From NCBI GenBank assembly GCA_045646345.1, contig JAZRKN010000017.1, positions 1 through 64,000 of the forward strand: DNA of 64,000 nt, given 5' to 3'. Under the pieces are notes generated by a model that ran no database searches, was not told the DNA's origin, and saw only the letters and a list, made by a program, of their open reading frames with translations. This DNA comes from Candidatus Scatovivens sp. (GTDB taxonomy: Bacteria > Bacillota > Clostridia > TANB77 > CAG-508). The position numbers and the translations under genes are program-made. Below are positions 1-11,100 of this stretch, in pieces (the first letter of the stretch is position 1; the number at the start of each line of letters is the position of its first letter).

Positions 1-924
1 AATGATTGCCACTTTATCCTTAAAATTCAACCTTTGCCAATGTCTCAATCCTGGCAATCCTCCATCATGTCCAAACCAACCATTATCGAACTGCCATAAA
101 CCACATCCATAAGGATTTGGGTTAAAATTCAGACATTCCTTCCAACTGTTAACAGACAATATATCGGCATTTAGTATAGCCTTGCACCAAAGTCCTAAAT
201 CTGTTAGCGAAGAAACAACGCTGCTATCACCACTATCCATGGAAGGTCTGCCACAGGAAAAAATTATATCATCATGTTTGACATATCCACAAGCATCTGC
301 GTCACGCCCATTCATGTGTGTATATTTCAACCCAAAGAGCATAAATATATCACTCATTACATCTGAAAAAGACTTGTTGGATACTATTTCCAAAATGTAA
401 CCAAGTAAAAAATAATTGGTATTGCTGTATCTGCCATCTGAGCCTGGCTTAAAATACAACGGTAATTCACCAATTAGGTCAAAGCATTCTGAAAGACTAA
501 CAGGGCGACATTCAGAAACAATGCATTTATTAAACTCGATAACATCAGTTGGTGCTATTCCGTGCTCTGATTCATATTTTTGGATTGCGTCAGGGATAAT
601 TCTATCACTGATATAATCGGGAATACCACTTGAATGATGTAACAGATGACAAATTGTAATATTCTTTCCTTGGGGATATTGAGGAAAGTACTGGTCGATT
701 GTATCATCTAAAGAAAGTTTTCCCAGTTCTATCTGAAGGAAAATGGCTATTGAGACAAATTGCTTAGATAGCGAAGCTAATGTAATTGTAGTATGTGATG
801 TGAAGGGAGTGTTTGTGCTATGGTCAGCATTACCTTGACAATATTCAAAAACAACTTGACCGTCTTTAAGAACAAGCACTCCACCTTGAAAATCTCTTGG
901 GATAATATTTTCAAATGATTTCAT
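1..924 (-). CDS. Serine hydrolase, beta-lactamase class C/PBP4*-like (3' end beyond window start)
   Basis: Read manually, not in ORF track. ATG at 924 with SD GGAGGA (931-936), MKSFENIIPRDFQGG...; motifs SxxK (ASLSKQF), YSN (RYSNTNY) and HDG (GHDGGLPG). Confidence 0.85.
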   Translation of the reverse strand, partial: MKSFENIIPRDFQGGVLVLKDGQVVFEYCQGNADHSTNTPFTSHTTITLASLSKQFVSIAIFLQIELGKLSLDDTIDQYFPQYPQGKNITICHLLHHSSGIPDYISDRIIPDAIQKYESEHGIAPTDVIEFNKCIVSECRPVSLSECFDLIGELPLYFKPGSDGRYSNTNYFLLGYILEIVSNKSFSDVMSDIFMLFGLKYTHMNGRDADACGYVKHDDIIFSCGRPSMDSGDSSVVSSLTDLGLWCKAILNADILSVNSWKECLNFNPNPYGCGLWQFDNGWFGHDGGLPGLRHWQRLNFKDKVAII

Positions 925-949
925 AAAGATTCCTCCATCAAATTATAAT

Positions 950-1465
950 TTATTGTGATAATTCAAAATCAATTTCATACTTATCATCAACTAAAATATA
1001 TCTTTGATTATACTTTTTACACATTTCTAAATTAGCATTATTATCTTTTATTAGTTCTTCTTGTGATATATCCTCAAATTTTCTGCTTTCTATTGCACTA
1101 CTATACATTTTAATATCAGAAAAATGTGTTCTAATATAGTTTTCTGTCATTATTAAACAAACATATTGTATTTTCTTTAAATACTCATCTTCAAAAGATT
1201 CTTTCCAATTAAAAGGAATGTAACATCCTTCAATAATAATATTTTGATTGTTTTCTATATTTGTTTTTATAATTTCTTTAACGATATTCCATAAATAATC
1301 TGTTAGTTTATCATCATCTTCTACTGTCAATTCAGTATTTTCACTTCTTATTAGTCCCATCTTTAAATGATCTATTGATAAATATGGATATTTATACATT
1401 TCTAATAGTTTTTGTGCTAATAAAGTTTTGCCTGTATGTGAACTTCCAGCTATTAAAATAACCAT
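950..1465 (-). CDS. P-loop nucleotide kinase-like protein (adenylate/2-phosphoglycerate kinase-like)
   Basis: N-terminal ILIAGSSHTGKT Walker A, SIDHLK, IIIEG; SD GGGAGG upstream. Confidence 0.75.
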   Translation of the reverse strand: MVILIAGSSHTGKTLLAQKLLEMYKYPYLSIDHLKMGLIRSENTELTVEDDDKLTDYLWNIVKEIIKTNIENNQNIIIEGCYIPFNWKESFEDEYLKKIQYVCLIMTENYIRTHFSDIKMYSSAIESRKFEDISQEELIKDNNANLEMCKKYNQRYILVDDKYEIDFELSQ

Positions 1466-1700
1466 AACTACCTCCCATAGAAATTACTATTTATTGATTA
1501 GATTATACCATAATACAATATCATTTTATAGTTATTCTTTAATAAACTCTCTCAAACTTTATAAAAAAACTTATTTTACATACCCAAAAACATTAACAAA
1601 AGTTTTGTTTTCGTTGATATATCAATAATGTGTCACGTTCGTCGCTACCATTAACCAGTTAATTATTAAATGATTTTTTATTTTGTGAAAACTATCAGAT

Positions 1701-1729
1701 TTGATTAATTTTACATAATGTGGTAAAAT
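1701..1729 (+). promoter_or_regulatory. sigmaA-type promoter with extended -10
   Basis: TTGATT-N17-TAAAAT with TG extension. Confidence 0.55.
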
Positions 1730-1784
1730 ATAAACGAAGCTTAATTAGCTTGGGAAAACAATTTACAATAGAGGAGAAGAGTTT

Positions 1785-2531
1785 ATGCATACAGTACCAG
1801 CAAATGTAAAAGCACATGTGGCCCGGATAGTAAGAGAATATGAGATTATGGTACATCAAGGGGATAAAATAGCTTTGCATGTATTCAGAGAAAATCGAAT
1901 ATATTCCGGTGTAGAAACAACCGAATACTTTTTGAAATCGGTAAAAAAATTCTACGAGCTCCTAGAGACTCAGGGTGAGTATCTTGCAGTTAAGTCTGAA
2001 GAAGAATTTCGCAAAAAGGTGTATTCAAAAATCTGCGAATTTTACAAGCCTCTTTCTGAAACTGCAATTCGCAGGATAACCAATTCTACTACGTGTCAAG
2101 GTCAACTTGAAGACGCACTGCGTTTAGCAAAGAAAAATTCCATTTTATATCCAGAAGCAAAATTTATTTCATGGTTTATTTCAAATGCATGTACGCATAA
2201 TTGGTGCGATGCAGATGAAACAATATGTTGTAAAGAATTCAAACTGGTAAAATCTAAGGAAGATTTTGAGAAACTGGTAAGTGGCAAAGGTAAGTATCCT
2301 GCATTTGAAATTACTCAATCTGGAGAAATTCCGTTTAAGCATTTTCGTGTCGCACTTCAAAAATTCAGTATTGAAGATTGCTACAGAAAAAGGTCTAAAT
2401 TGCGAAAATATCGCGATTTCTGGGAAGGCCCTCATAATATTGAGGAGTTTGCTACAGAATGTGAGATTTTCAATATGTGGAACAATGTATCTGAGACAGG
2501 AGTTTATTATGTGTACATACCTGAAGTATGA
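1785..2531 (+). CDS. Hypothetical protein (248 aa, atypical codon usage)
   Basis: Long ORF, SD GAGGAG, own promoter and terminator; uses CGG/CGC/CGA codons rare in neighbours; no recognised motif. Confidence 0.75.
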   Translation: MHTVPANVKAHVARIVREYEIMVHQGDKIALHVFRENRIYSGVETTEYFLKSVKKFYELLETQGEYLAVKSEEEFRKKVYSKICEFYKPLSETAIRRITNSTTCQGQLEDALRLAKKNSILYPEAKFISWFISNACTHNWCDADETICCKEFKLVKSKEDFEKLVSGKGKYPAFEITQSGEIPFKHFRVALQKFSIEDCYRKRSKLRKYRDFWEGPHNIEEFATECEIFNMWNNVSETGVYYVYIPEV

Positions 2532-2543
2532 TTGTCAATTCCC

Positions 2544-2582
2544 ACAACGACACTCGCAAATTGCGAGTGTCGTTGTTTTTTT
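2544..2582 (+). terminator. Rho-independent terminator
   Basis: ACAACGACACTCGCAA-A-TTGCGAGTGTCGTTGT perfect inverted repeat followed by a T-run. Confidence 0.85.
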
Positions 2583-2677
2583 AGTATTATTTAACTAATT
2601 AAATTTAGATTTTTTTTTGTAAAATATTGGAATAATTTTTTCTATATGTTAAAATTTTTTATATAGGAGGAATCTCT

Positions 2678-3592
2678 ATGAATACTAATGATGATTTTGA
2701 GAATAAAAGATTACTTGAAGAAATTGATAAACTAGATAATGAACCAGGAATTTCAACCGAAGAAGGTGCTATTAAAACAAAAAATCTTGTAGTAGAAAAT
2801 TTTATATTTTTTGCGATAATTATAGCTGTGGTTTTGGGAGTTGTATATTTGTATAGTTCAAAAGGAAATGCAACAAAATTAGAAAATGTAGTTGAAGTTT
2901 CTGATGAAAAGGCAAAAGAAAATAATTTTGAAAAAGAAACTCCTCAAATTGCAAAGGAATACAATATAGATCATGATAATTATGAAGAATCTACAAATAA
3001 TGCCAAAAAACATTTTGAAAGTCAAAAAGAAAATATTATTGTAACTAAAAATATGTTAAACATAAATAAAGAGTTTGTACTATGTTTGAATAATAAAAAT
3101 GTAGAGTCAATTCCAAATATATCTGTATACATTGTTTTTTATGATGGAGAGAATAATATAATTGGAATAGAAGAGTCAATGTTAGAAGTTTTAGTAGGGA
3201 ATGCAGAAAGATATATAACTTTTGAGAATCCACCAGAAAATTTTGAAAAAACAGAAGTATTTGTTACAAAAAAATATTTTAGTGATTCTATAGGAACTCT
3301 TTTCAATAATGAGTTAAGTTATAAAGCAAGGGAAGATGGACAAGGAAAATTAGAAGAAATTGAAATATTAAATACATCTGATAAAAAGATTGATATAATA
3401 GAATTTTCGGTAATATATTATGATTCGAAAGATGAACTTTTAACGGTAGATTCGAGATATTGTTTTGATCTAAAAAAGGGTAAATCAGAAAAAGTAGATT
3501 TTTATGGAATTTGGAATGAAGAAACTGGAGAAGACATTGAATACGATCATTATGAAGTAAAAGTAAATTATGCGATAGAATATGAAAAGTAA
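2678..3592 (+). CDS. Membrane-anchored hypothetical protein with two FxLYD-like beta domains
   Basis: One TM helix near the N-terminus; repeated VFYDGENNIIG / IYYDSKDELL motifs; SD AGGAGG. Confidence 0.7.
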   Translation: MNTNDDFENKRLLEEIDKLDNEPGISTEEGAIKTKNLVVENFIFFAIIIAVVLGVVYLYSSKGNATKLENVVEVSDEKAKENNFEKETPQIAKEYNIDHDNYEESTNNAKKHFESQKENIIVTKNMLNINKEFVLCLNNKNVESIPNISVYIVFYDGENNIIGIEESMLEVLVGNAERYITFENPPENFEKTEVFVTKKYFSDSIGTLFNNELSYKAREDGQGKLEEIEILNTSDKKIDIIEFSVIYYDSKDELLTVDSRYCFDLKKGKSEKVDFYGIWNEETGEDIEYDHYEVKVNYAIEYEK

Positions 3593-3632
3593 AAAAAAAT
3601 AAGCTGTTAACGATTGGTTAACAGCTATTTTT
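3592..3632. terminator. Bidirectional terminator
   Basis: AGCTGTTAAC-gattg-GTTAACAGCT flanked by A- and T-runs between convergent genes. Confidence 0.75.
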
Positions 3633-3847
3633 TATTCTTCATTTTCTGCTTTATTTTTTTCTTTCTTTTTAGCTAGTGGAATGATGAATTTTTTTCTTTT
3701 AGTTACAGAATCTTTTGGGCGTAGTGTATTCATGCAGTCATTAACTTCAGAAATGTTTAAAACAGATTCATCTCCAATAACTACTTCAATATTATCTATA
3801 TTATTTTCTTCGTTTTTTTCTTCTTTTTTATTTGGATTTTTATTCAT
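3632..3847 (-). CDS. Hypothetical protein (71 aa)
   Basis: Start moved to ATG 3847 (MNKNPNKK) because SD GAGGTG and a TTGACA-N17-TATAAT promoter lie just upstream. Confidence 0.7.
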   Translation of the reverse strand: MNKNPNKKEEKNEENNIDNIEVVIGDESVLNISEVNDCMNTLRPKDSVTKRKKFIIPLAKKKEKNKAENEE

Positions 3848-4139
3848 TTTTATCACCTCATAATAAACTACATTAATATTATAACATAAAACAATATTTA
3901 TGTCAATAAAACCAAGTTGTCCCAACGGTTTGACTAAATATTTTTTATAAACTTATTATAATAAATAATTTGAAAAAAATAAATAAATTTGTCAAAAAAA
4001 ATTAAAAATAAATTTGTGAAATAAATAAAATAAAAAAATCTTTATAAAGGGCATGATACAGAAGAAATTAAAGGATTTTTGGTTGACAATAATTCAATTT
4101 CATGTAATAATATAAGAATACTGAAAAAAGGAGGGAATT

Positions 4140-4751
4140 ATGGGACTTAGCAAAGAACAATCAATAATTGAAGCAATGCTTTTTGCTGCAGGACGTGAAG
4201 TTAAAGTAAAAGAACTAATGAATGTTCTTGAACTTGGTGCAGAAGATATTGATAAAATTATTTTAACTATGAAAACAGAATATGAAGCTAGAAATAGTGG
4301 TATGGAAATAATTAAAGTTGATGATAGTTATCAACTATGTACAAGAAAAGATTATTATGAATATATATATCCATTATTTGACAATAGAGCTAAACCAAAT
4401 ATTTCTAATGCTGCATTAGAAACTCTCTCTATAATTGCATATAATCCAAATGTGACAAGAGCAGAAATAGAAGCAATTCGTGGGGTTAATGCAGATGGTA
4501 CAGTATATAAACTATTAGAATTTGATTTGATTGAAGAATCAGGAAAACTTGAAGCTCCTGGAAGACCAACAATGTATAAAGTAACAAGTAAATTTATGAA
4601 AATGTTTGGTATTTCAAGTTTAGATGAATTACCAGAACTTCCAAGGTACAAGTTAGATGAAAATGAGCAAATTGTAATAGATGAGGTAATGGAGGCTCCA
4701 ATGCCCGCAAGGGAAGGCGAAGATATTGAAAATGAAGAAGAAAATATTTAA
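4140..4751 (+). CDS. scpB: SMC-Scp complex subunit ScpB
   Basis: IEAMLFAAG, ALETLSIIAY, TRAEIEAIRGV, PGRP, FGISSLDELP motifs. Confidence 0.95.
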   Translation: MGLSKEQSIIEAMLFAAGREVKVKELMNVLELGAEDIDKIILTMKTEYEARNSGMEIIKVDDSYQLCTRKDYYEYIYPLFDNRAKPNISNAALETLSIIAYNPNVTRAEIEAIRGVNADGTVYKLLEFDLIEESGKLEAPGRPTMYKVTSKFMKMFGISSLDELPELPRYKLDENEQIVIDEVMEAPMPAREGEDIENEEENI

Positions 4752-4838
4752 AAAAGTATAATAAATATTTATTCGCAATAAATTCGTTGAGGTATAATAA
4801 CTATTTATTATACGAGAAAAAATTGGAGGTAAAATTAT

Positions 4839-6275
4839 ATGGGAAAAGAAGAATTTGTAAAAGAAATAACTAATATAGAGGATGATTTCGCACAATGGTA
4901 TACAGATGTTGTACTTAAAGCGGAACTTGCTGATTATACAGATACAAAAGGATGTATTGCTATAAGACCTTATGGTTATGCAATTTGGGAGAACATTCAA
5001 AACTATGCTGATAAATTATTTAAAGATGTTGGAATAACAAATCTTTATATGCCAGTTTTAATTCCTGAAACAATGCTTGAAAAAGAAAAAGATCATGTTG
5101 AAGGATTTGCACCAGAAGTTGCTTGGGTAACTATGGGAGGAGGAGAAGAACTAGAGGAAAGATTATGTATTAGACCAACTTCAGAAACAATGATGTCTAC
5201 AATGTATGCAAAATGGGTTAAATCTTGGAGAGATTTACCAATACTTGGAAATCAATGGTGTAATGTATTAAGATGGGAAAAAGAAACAAGACCATTCTTA
5301 CGTTCTAGAGAATTCTTATGGCAAGAAGGCCATACAATTCATGAAACAGCAAAAGAAGCAGAAGAAAGAACTTTAATGATGTTAGACATTTATGCTCAAG
5401 TTATTGAAGATCTTTTAGCAATTCCTGTATTAAAAGGAAGAAAAACACTAAAAGAACAATTTGCTGGAGCTGAAGCGACATATACAGTAGAAACAATGAT
5501 GCATGATGGTAGAGCTCTTCAAGCTGGAACATCTCATTATTTTGGACAAAACTTTACAAAACCTTTTGAAATTAAATTCCAAAATAGAGAAGGAAAAGAA
5601 GAATACGCTTATCAAACATCTTGGGGAATTAGTACTAGATTAATAGGAGCTGTAATTATGGCTCATGGAGATAATAGAGGATTAAAATTACCACCAAAGG
5701 TTGCTCCAATCCAAGCTGTAATAGTTCCAATTGCTCAACACAAAGAAGGTGTTTTAGAAAAAGTTACAGATATTTATAATGAATTAAATAAAAAATTCAG
5801 AATGAAATTAGATGATAGAGATAATTACTCTACAGGATTCAAATTCAATGATTGGGAAATGAGGGGAGTACCAGTTAGAATTGAAATTGGACCAAGAGAT
5901 TTAGAAAATAATCAAGCTGTTTTAGTTAGAAGAGATACAGGAGAAAAAGAAATTGTTGAACTTGCTAAAATAGAAGAAAGATTAGAAGTATTATTTGAAG
6001 AAATTCAAAAAGATATGTATAAAATATGCCAAGAAAGAAGAGTTGCAAAAACAAAAATAGCAAAAACTTTAGATGAAATGGTTGCTTTAATGAATGAAGA
6101 ACAATGTTTCTTAAAAACAATGTGGTGTGAAGATGTAGAATGTGAAAACAAAATAAAAGAACTTACAGGAGCACATTCAAGATGTATGCCATTTGAACAA
6201 GAAAATGTTTCTGATGTATGTCCAGTTTGTGGTAAAAAAGCAACAAAAATGGTTATATGGGGAAGACAATATTAA
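4839..6275 (+). CDS. proS: Proline--tRNA ligase (archaeal/eukaryote-like type)
   Basis: EKDHVEGFAPEVAWV, IRPTSET, FLRSREFLWQEGHT, QAGTSHYFGQNF; C-terminal Zn-binding CPVCG...WGRQY. Confidence 0.97.
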   Translation: MGKEEFVKEITNIEDDFAQWYTDVVLKAELADYTDTKGCIAIRPYGYAIWENIQNYADKLFKDVGITNLYMPVLIPETMLEKEKDHVEGFAPEVAWVTMGGGEELEERLCIRPTSETMMSTMYAKWVKSWRDLPILGNQWCNVLRWEKETRPFLRSREFLWQEGHTIHETAKEAEERTLMMLDIYAQVIEDLLAIPVLKGRKTLKEQFAGAEATYTVETMMHDGRALQAGTSHYFGQNFTKPFEIKFQNREGKEEYAYQTSWGISTRLIGAVIMAHGDNRGLKLPPKVAPIQAVIVPIAQHKEGVLEKVTDIYNELNKKFRMKLDDRDNYSTGFKFNDWEMRGVPVRIEIGPRDLENNQAVLVRRDTGEKEIVELAKIEERLEVLFEEIQKDMYKICQERRVAKTKIAKTLDEMVALMNEEQCFLKTMWCEDVECENKIKELTGAHSRCMPFEQENVSDVCPVCGKKATKMVIWGRQY

Positions 6276-6280
6276 AATAA

Positions 6281-6310
6281 AAAAAGGATGTGTGAAAACA
6301 CATCCTTTTT
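6281..6310 (+). terminator. Terminator after proS
   Basis: AAAAAGGATGTG-tgaaaa-CACATCCTTTTT. Confidence 0.85.
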
Positions 6311-6399
6311 GCTTGTATAAAAATTATTAAATAATTGGTTGAATTTTAAAAATATTTAGAATATAATTTTTGTATAAATGATTTTAAAGGGAGCATTAT

Positions 6400-6801
6400 A
6401 TGGACTTAAATGCATATAAATTAGCTTTTTCTGAGGTGCTAGTTATAATAAATAGTTTGCATCCTGAGAATAGAAAAAGAATACCAAATAAATTCATAAG
6501 TTTTTTAGAAGAGAGTAAATATAAAGATTATAATCCAACTCAAGAAGAAATAAATTTAGCGAATGAGAAAAGTTTAAGGAAAGAAACGAGAGTTATTCTT
6601 GCTATAATTTATAAAAAATATTTTTCTACTATTGATTTAGATCCGTATAAAACGGAAGAAGATAAAATGAATGAAATTTTTACTAATAGTGAGAATGTTG
6701 GAATATCAAATGTAAATAAATTTAGCAAATTTGTTTATGAATTTACTAGAAAAGTAAAATTATTAGTCAATAGAGTATTTGGTTTTAGTCAAGGAGAATA
6801 A
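6400..6801 (+). CDS. Hypothetical protein (133 aa) with C-terminal amphipathic helix
   Basis: SD AGGGAG; host-like codon usage; C-terminal KFSKFVYEFTRKVKLLVNRVF. Confidence 0.75.
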   Translation: MDLNAYKLAFSEVLVIINSLHPENRKRIPNKFISFLEESKYKDYNPTQEEINLANEKSLRKETRVILAIIYKKYFSTIDLDPYKTEEDKMNEIFTNSENVGISNVNKFSKFVYEFTRKVKLLVNRVFGFSQGE

Positions 6802-6803
6802 TT

Positions 6804-6968
6804 ATGGATGAAAGAGAAATAAAAGAAATAAGAGCGTTAGAAGGTATATATAAAACTGTTGAACCAGAAGCTATTTTGGAGGGGGAAAAAGCGATTGTAA
6901 TTCATGCTGAAAGATTGGCTCAAAGAGAAACAGGTGCACAAAAAGATGATGAAGGACATAATTTATAA
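6804..6968 (+). CDS. Small hypothetical protein (54 aa)
   Basis: Not in ORF track. SD AAGGAG, ATG 6804, MDEREIKEIRALEG...QKDDEGHNL; followed by a terminator. Confidence 0.7.
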   Translation: MDEREIKEIRALEGIYKTVEPEAILEGEKAIVIHAERLAQRETGAQKDDEGHNL

Positions 6969-6974
6969 AAATAA

Positions 6975-7004
6975 AAAAAACTTCCGATTTTTCGGAAGTT
7001 TTTT
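6975..7004. terminator. Bidirectional terminator
   Basis: AAAAAACTTCCGA-tttt-TCGGAAGTTTTTT between convergent genes. Confidence 0.85.
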
Positions 7005-7023
7005 GTTTTTATATACAAATTTA

Positions 7024-7965
7024 TTAAATTGTTAATCTTTTTATTTGACTTACTTCAAAGTTTAATTTTGTTATATGTTCTTTTCTAGCTTTATATGTTG
7101 TTTCTAATTCTTTTATCATTTCAGGTATTTTTTCTGGTTCTTCATGTGGTCTTAAATAGCATTTAATTTCTGCTTTATGATATTCACGTTTTGCTTCTGT
7201 TAGAGCACCAATCATTTTATGATAATATCTTTCGGCTTCGTTTAATCTCTTAATCTCAGATTTTAAATAATCAACATAGTCACATCTTGATACAATTTCG
7301 AATTCAGTATCATCTATAACTACTTTAAATAATGCTTTTAATACTTTTTTGTCTATTTTTCCAACGCCAGGAACCATAAATCTTTTAGATGCGTCTGTTA
7401 AATTTTTAGGAACAGTTGGTCTAGCATTATCTATTAATATATTTAAAGCATCGACAACACCAATGTGACTTTTATATTGACGTTTTGCTGTAATTGCTTC
7501 AAATTCATCAGCAACACGAATTATTTGTGCTTCATATGGAATTTGATTTCCTAAAACACCATGAGGATAACCACTGCCATCTAATGCTTCGTGATGATAT
7601 AATGCACCAGCTGCGAATGGGCGTAATTTCAAGTCGTTCATGCAAATTTTATATCCAATAGAAGTATGGGTTTTCATTACTTCATATTCTTCATTTGTTA
7701 ATCTTGAAGGTTTTTGTAATACTGAAGGTGGAATGAATAATTTACCAATATCATGTAAATATGCGCAAGTTGTTGTATATATTGTAAAACCTTTATCCAT
7801 ACGTAAAAGTTCACAAAGCCTACAAGTAATGTTGGCAACGTTTTCTGTATGTTTTCTTGTATAAGCGTCTAATCCGTCTAACATTTTTATTTGATAACGA
7901 ATAGATTCGTCTAAGTTATAAGATTTAATAGTGGTACTATTATAAAAATCAAATTCTTCCTTCAT
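7024..7965 (-). CDS. HD-GYP domain metal-dependent phosphohydrolase
   Basis: YTRKHT, LHDIGK, HHEALDGSGYPHG, ADEFEA...RQYK motifs. Confidence 0.9.
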   Translation of the reverse strand: MKEEFDFYNSTTIKSYNLDESIRYQIKMLDGLDAYTRKHTENVANITCRLCELLRMDKGFTIYTTTCAYLHDIGKLFIPPSVLQKPSRLTNEEYEVMKTHTSIGYKICMNDLKLRPFAAGALYHHEALDGSGYPHGVLGNQIPYEAQIIRVADEFEAITAKRQYKSHIGVVDALNILIDNARPTVPKNLTDASKRFMVPGVGKIDKKVLKALFKVVIDDTEFEIVSRCDYVDYLKSEIKRLNEAERYYHKMIGALTEAKREYHKAEIKCYLRPHEEPEKIPEMIKELETTYKARKEHITKLNFEVSQIKRLTI

Positions 7966-8160
7966 TATAATTCTCCTCGTTTGTATACTATAAATATTTT
8001 ATATCTTAATAAAAAAATGGTCAAGTAATATTTTTTGGCTAGAAAAGTAAATATTTCTATAGCAATAAAAAATAAAATAAAATAGAATATAAACCTTGAA
8101 AAAACAATAAAAATATAATATGATTACACTTGATTTAATAGGAAAATAGAGGAAAAAAAT

Positions 8161-11100
8161 ATGTATTTAAAACGTTTAGAAATGTATGGGTTTAAATCTT
8201 TTGCAGATAAAACTGTTTTAGAATTTATGCCAGGGCTAACAACAGTAATTGGACCAAATGGATCAGGAAAAAGTAATATATCAGATTGTATTAGATGGGT
8301 TTTGGGTGAACAAAGTTTAAAATCTTTAAGAGGAGCTAAATCTGAAGATATAATTTTTGCTGGAACACAAAACAGAAAGCCTTTAGGATATGCTGAGGCT
8401 TCACTTGTTATGGATAATTCAGATTCAAAATTACCGATTGAATATAATGAAGTAATAGTTACAAGAAGGATTTATAGAAGTGGAGAATCTGGTTATTTTA
8501 TAAACAAAACACCATGCAGATTGAAAGATGTTTTAGAATTATTTATGGATACTGGAATTGGTAGAGATGGTTATTCTATTATTGGTCAAGGAAAAATAGA
8601 TGAAATTTTAAGTAATAAATCAGAAGATAGAAGACATATTTTTGAAGAGGCTGCAGGTATTGTAAAATATAGAACTAGAAAAGTTGAATCAGAGAAAAAA
8701 TTAGAACAAACAAAATTGAATTTACTTAGAATAAATGACATTATTTCCGAAATAGAGACTAATATCGGTCCTCTAAAAAATCAATCTGAAAAAGCTAAAA
8801 AATATTTAAGCTTAAGAGATGAATTAAAAAATATTGAAGTTGGTCTTTTCCTATATAATATTGATGAATTCAAAAAACAAACTGAAGAGATTATTGAAAA
8901 TATAGACTTATTAGAAACTCAAAAAGTAAGAGAAGATGAAAATTTAAATAATCTTCAAACTTCAAAAGAAGATTTAAAAATAGTAATTGATAATTTGATA
9001 GAAGAAATTGAAAGAATTCAAAATTTGGGGTTTGAAGGAAATCAAAAGAAAGAACAATTCAATAGCGAAATAGGTATTTGTACAGAAAGAATCTCTAATA
9101 ATAAAGAAAATTATGAAAGATATGCAGTAGAAATCGAAGAACTTGAAAATAGAAATAAAGAACTTGAAGATGAGAAAAACCTAAAACAAGAGAAGAAAAA
9201 GAACTTATATAATAATAAAGAAAAATTCGAAAAAGAATTAAAAGAAAAAGAAGAAGAACTTGAAAAATACTCAAAAACATTATCTGATAAAGAAATAGAG
9301 ATAGAAAATAAGAAGAAAATAGTACAAGATAATATTGATAACAAATATGAAATTATAGCAAGTTTGAATACAGAAAAGGCAAATCTAGATAACTTAAACA
9401 AAAGGGAAAGCGCTTTAAAATCTGAAATTCAAGAAACAATATCGGAATTAGATGCAACAAGAGCAAATAAAGATGAACTTGGAAAGAATTTTTATTCTTT
9501 AGAAACTAGTAGAAATTCAATTACAAAAAATATTGACAGTATGAAAGAAGAAAAAGATAAAAGTTCAGAAAAATTAAGAGAATTTGATATTAGAATTAAT
9601 AGTTATCAATCAGAATATAGAATAAAAGAATCAAGATATAATTTTTTAGTTGAAACAGAGAAAGAAAAAGAAGGTTATAGTAAGAGTGTAAAAGCTTTAC
9701 TTGAAGCAACAGAAAAAGATTCGGGATTAGGAAAAGGTGTACATGGAATACTTGCTAATTTAATATCAGTTGATAAAAAATATGAAACAGCAATTGAAAT
9801 GACATTAGGTCCTACAATTCAAAATATAGTTACAAATTCAGAAGATGAAGCAACAAAATTAGTGAATTACTTAAGAGATAATAATTTAGGTAGAGCATCA
9901 TTTTTACCAATAACTTCTGTTAAAGGAAGTAAAGTAACAGGAGTAAATACAAGAGGTGTAAGTGGTGTTATAGGTATTGCTTCTGATTTAGTTATAACAG
10001 ATAAAAAATATGAAGGAATAATTTTAAATTTATTAGGAAGAACAGTTATTGTTGAAGAAATTGAAGAGGCAGTAAAACTTGCTAAACAAAATTCTTATAA
10101 ATTTAAAATAGTAACTTTAAAAGGAGATGTAATTAATCCTTCAGGAGCTATTAGTGGAGGTTCTGCACCTACAAAAACAGTTAGTATTTTAGGTAGAGGA
10201 AAAGAAATCAAAGCTTTAGAAAAAGAACTTGTTGAAATTAAGAAAAAAATAGAAAAAGCAGAAAAAGAAAAACAAGATTATGAAGAAAGTATTTCTGAAA
10301 TATTAGAAAAATTTGAAAGCAAACAAAGAGAAGCTCAAGAACTTGAAATTGTTTATGCCACAGAAAAACAAAAAATGGACAATATTGATTTAGAAATCCT
10401 AAAACTAGATGCTAAACTTGCAAAACTAAGACAAGATCAATCTGATATTGGCGATGAGAAAAAGGCTAATGTCAATACTCAAGAAGAGCTAAATAAAAAA
10501 GTTCAAGAAATTGATAAAGAAAATGAAGAATTAGGAAAAGTTATTGAAGAATTTACTAACTTAAATAAAGATAATCAAAAATACATAGATGATTTGAATT
10601 TTGATATTACTAATTTAAAAATATCTGTATCATCATTTGACGAAAGTGAAGTTTCAATTAATGAAATGGTTGAAAGAATAGATGTAGATATTCAAAACAA
10701 TTTATCAAGTATAAATAGTAAAAAAGAAATAAGAGAAAAAATACTTGTAGATAATGAAGAATTAGAAACAAAAATAGAAGAAATAAAAATAAAAATTCAA
10801 GAACTTGAAAAAGAAATTTTAGGAAGTACTGATAAAGTAGAAAAACTAAAACAAGAAAGAGTATCTAAAAATGAAAAACTTTCTAATCTAGAGAAGGATT
10901 TAGAAGAACAATCTTCAAAAATTGATGATATCAAAAATCATATTTCAAAATTAGATTTGAAAAAATCTAAAATAGAACTTGAATTAAACCAAGTTATAAA
11001 CAAAATGTGGGAAGAATATGAACTTACTCCAAATAATACTCAAGATATTAAAAAATGTGAAAATCCACAACAAGTTCAAAGAAGTGTAAATTCAATAAGA

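Noticed and set aside
182-616. Plus-strand ORFs 182-400 and 416-616
   Set aside because: Antisense shadows of the minus-strand serine hydrolase, which has clear catalytic motifs.
1606-1655. TTGATATATCAA palindrome and TCACGT/CTAC similarity to 31723-31747 as att or dif sites
   Set aside because: Similarity is too weak, there is no recombinase nearby, and no match to the dif consensus.
2544-2576. 33-bp perfect palindrome as attC, MITE or CRISPR repeat
   Set aside because: Single copy followed by a T-run right after a stop codon, so a terminator explains it.
4752-4838. T-box upstream of proS
   Set aside because: The region is short and lacks the GGTGGNACC motif and a terminator.
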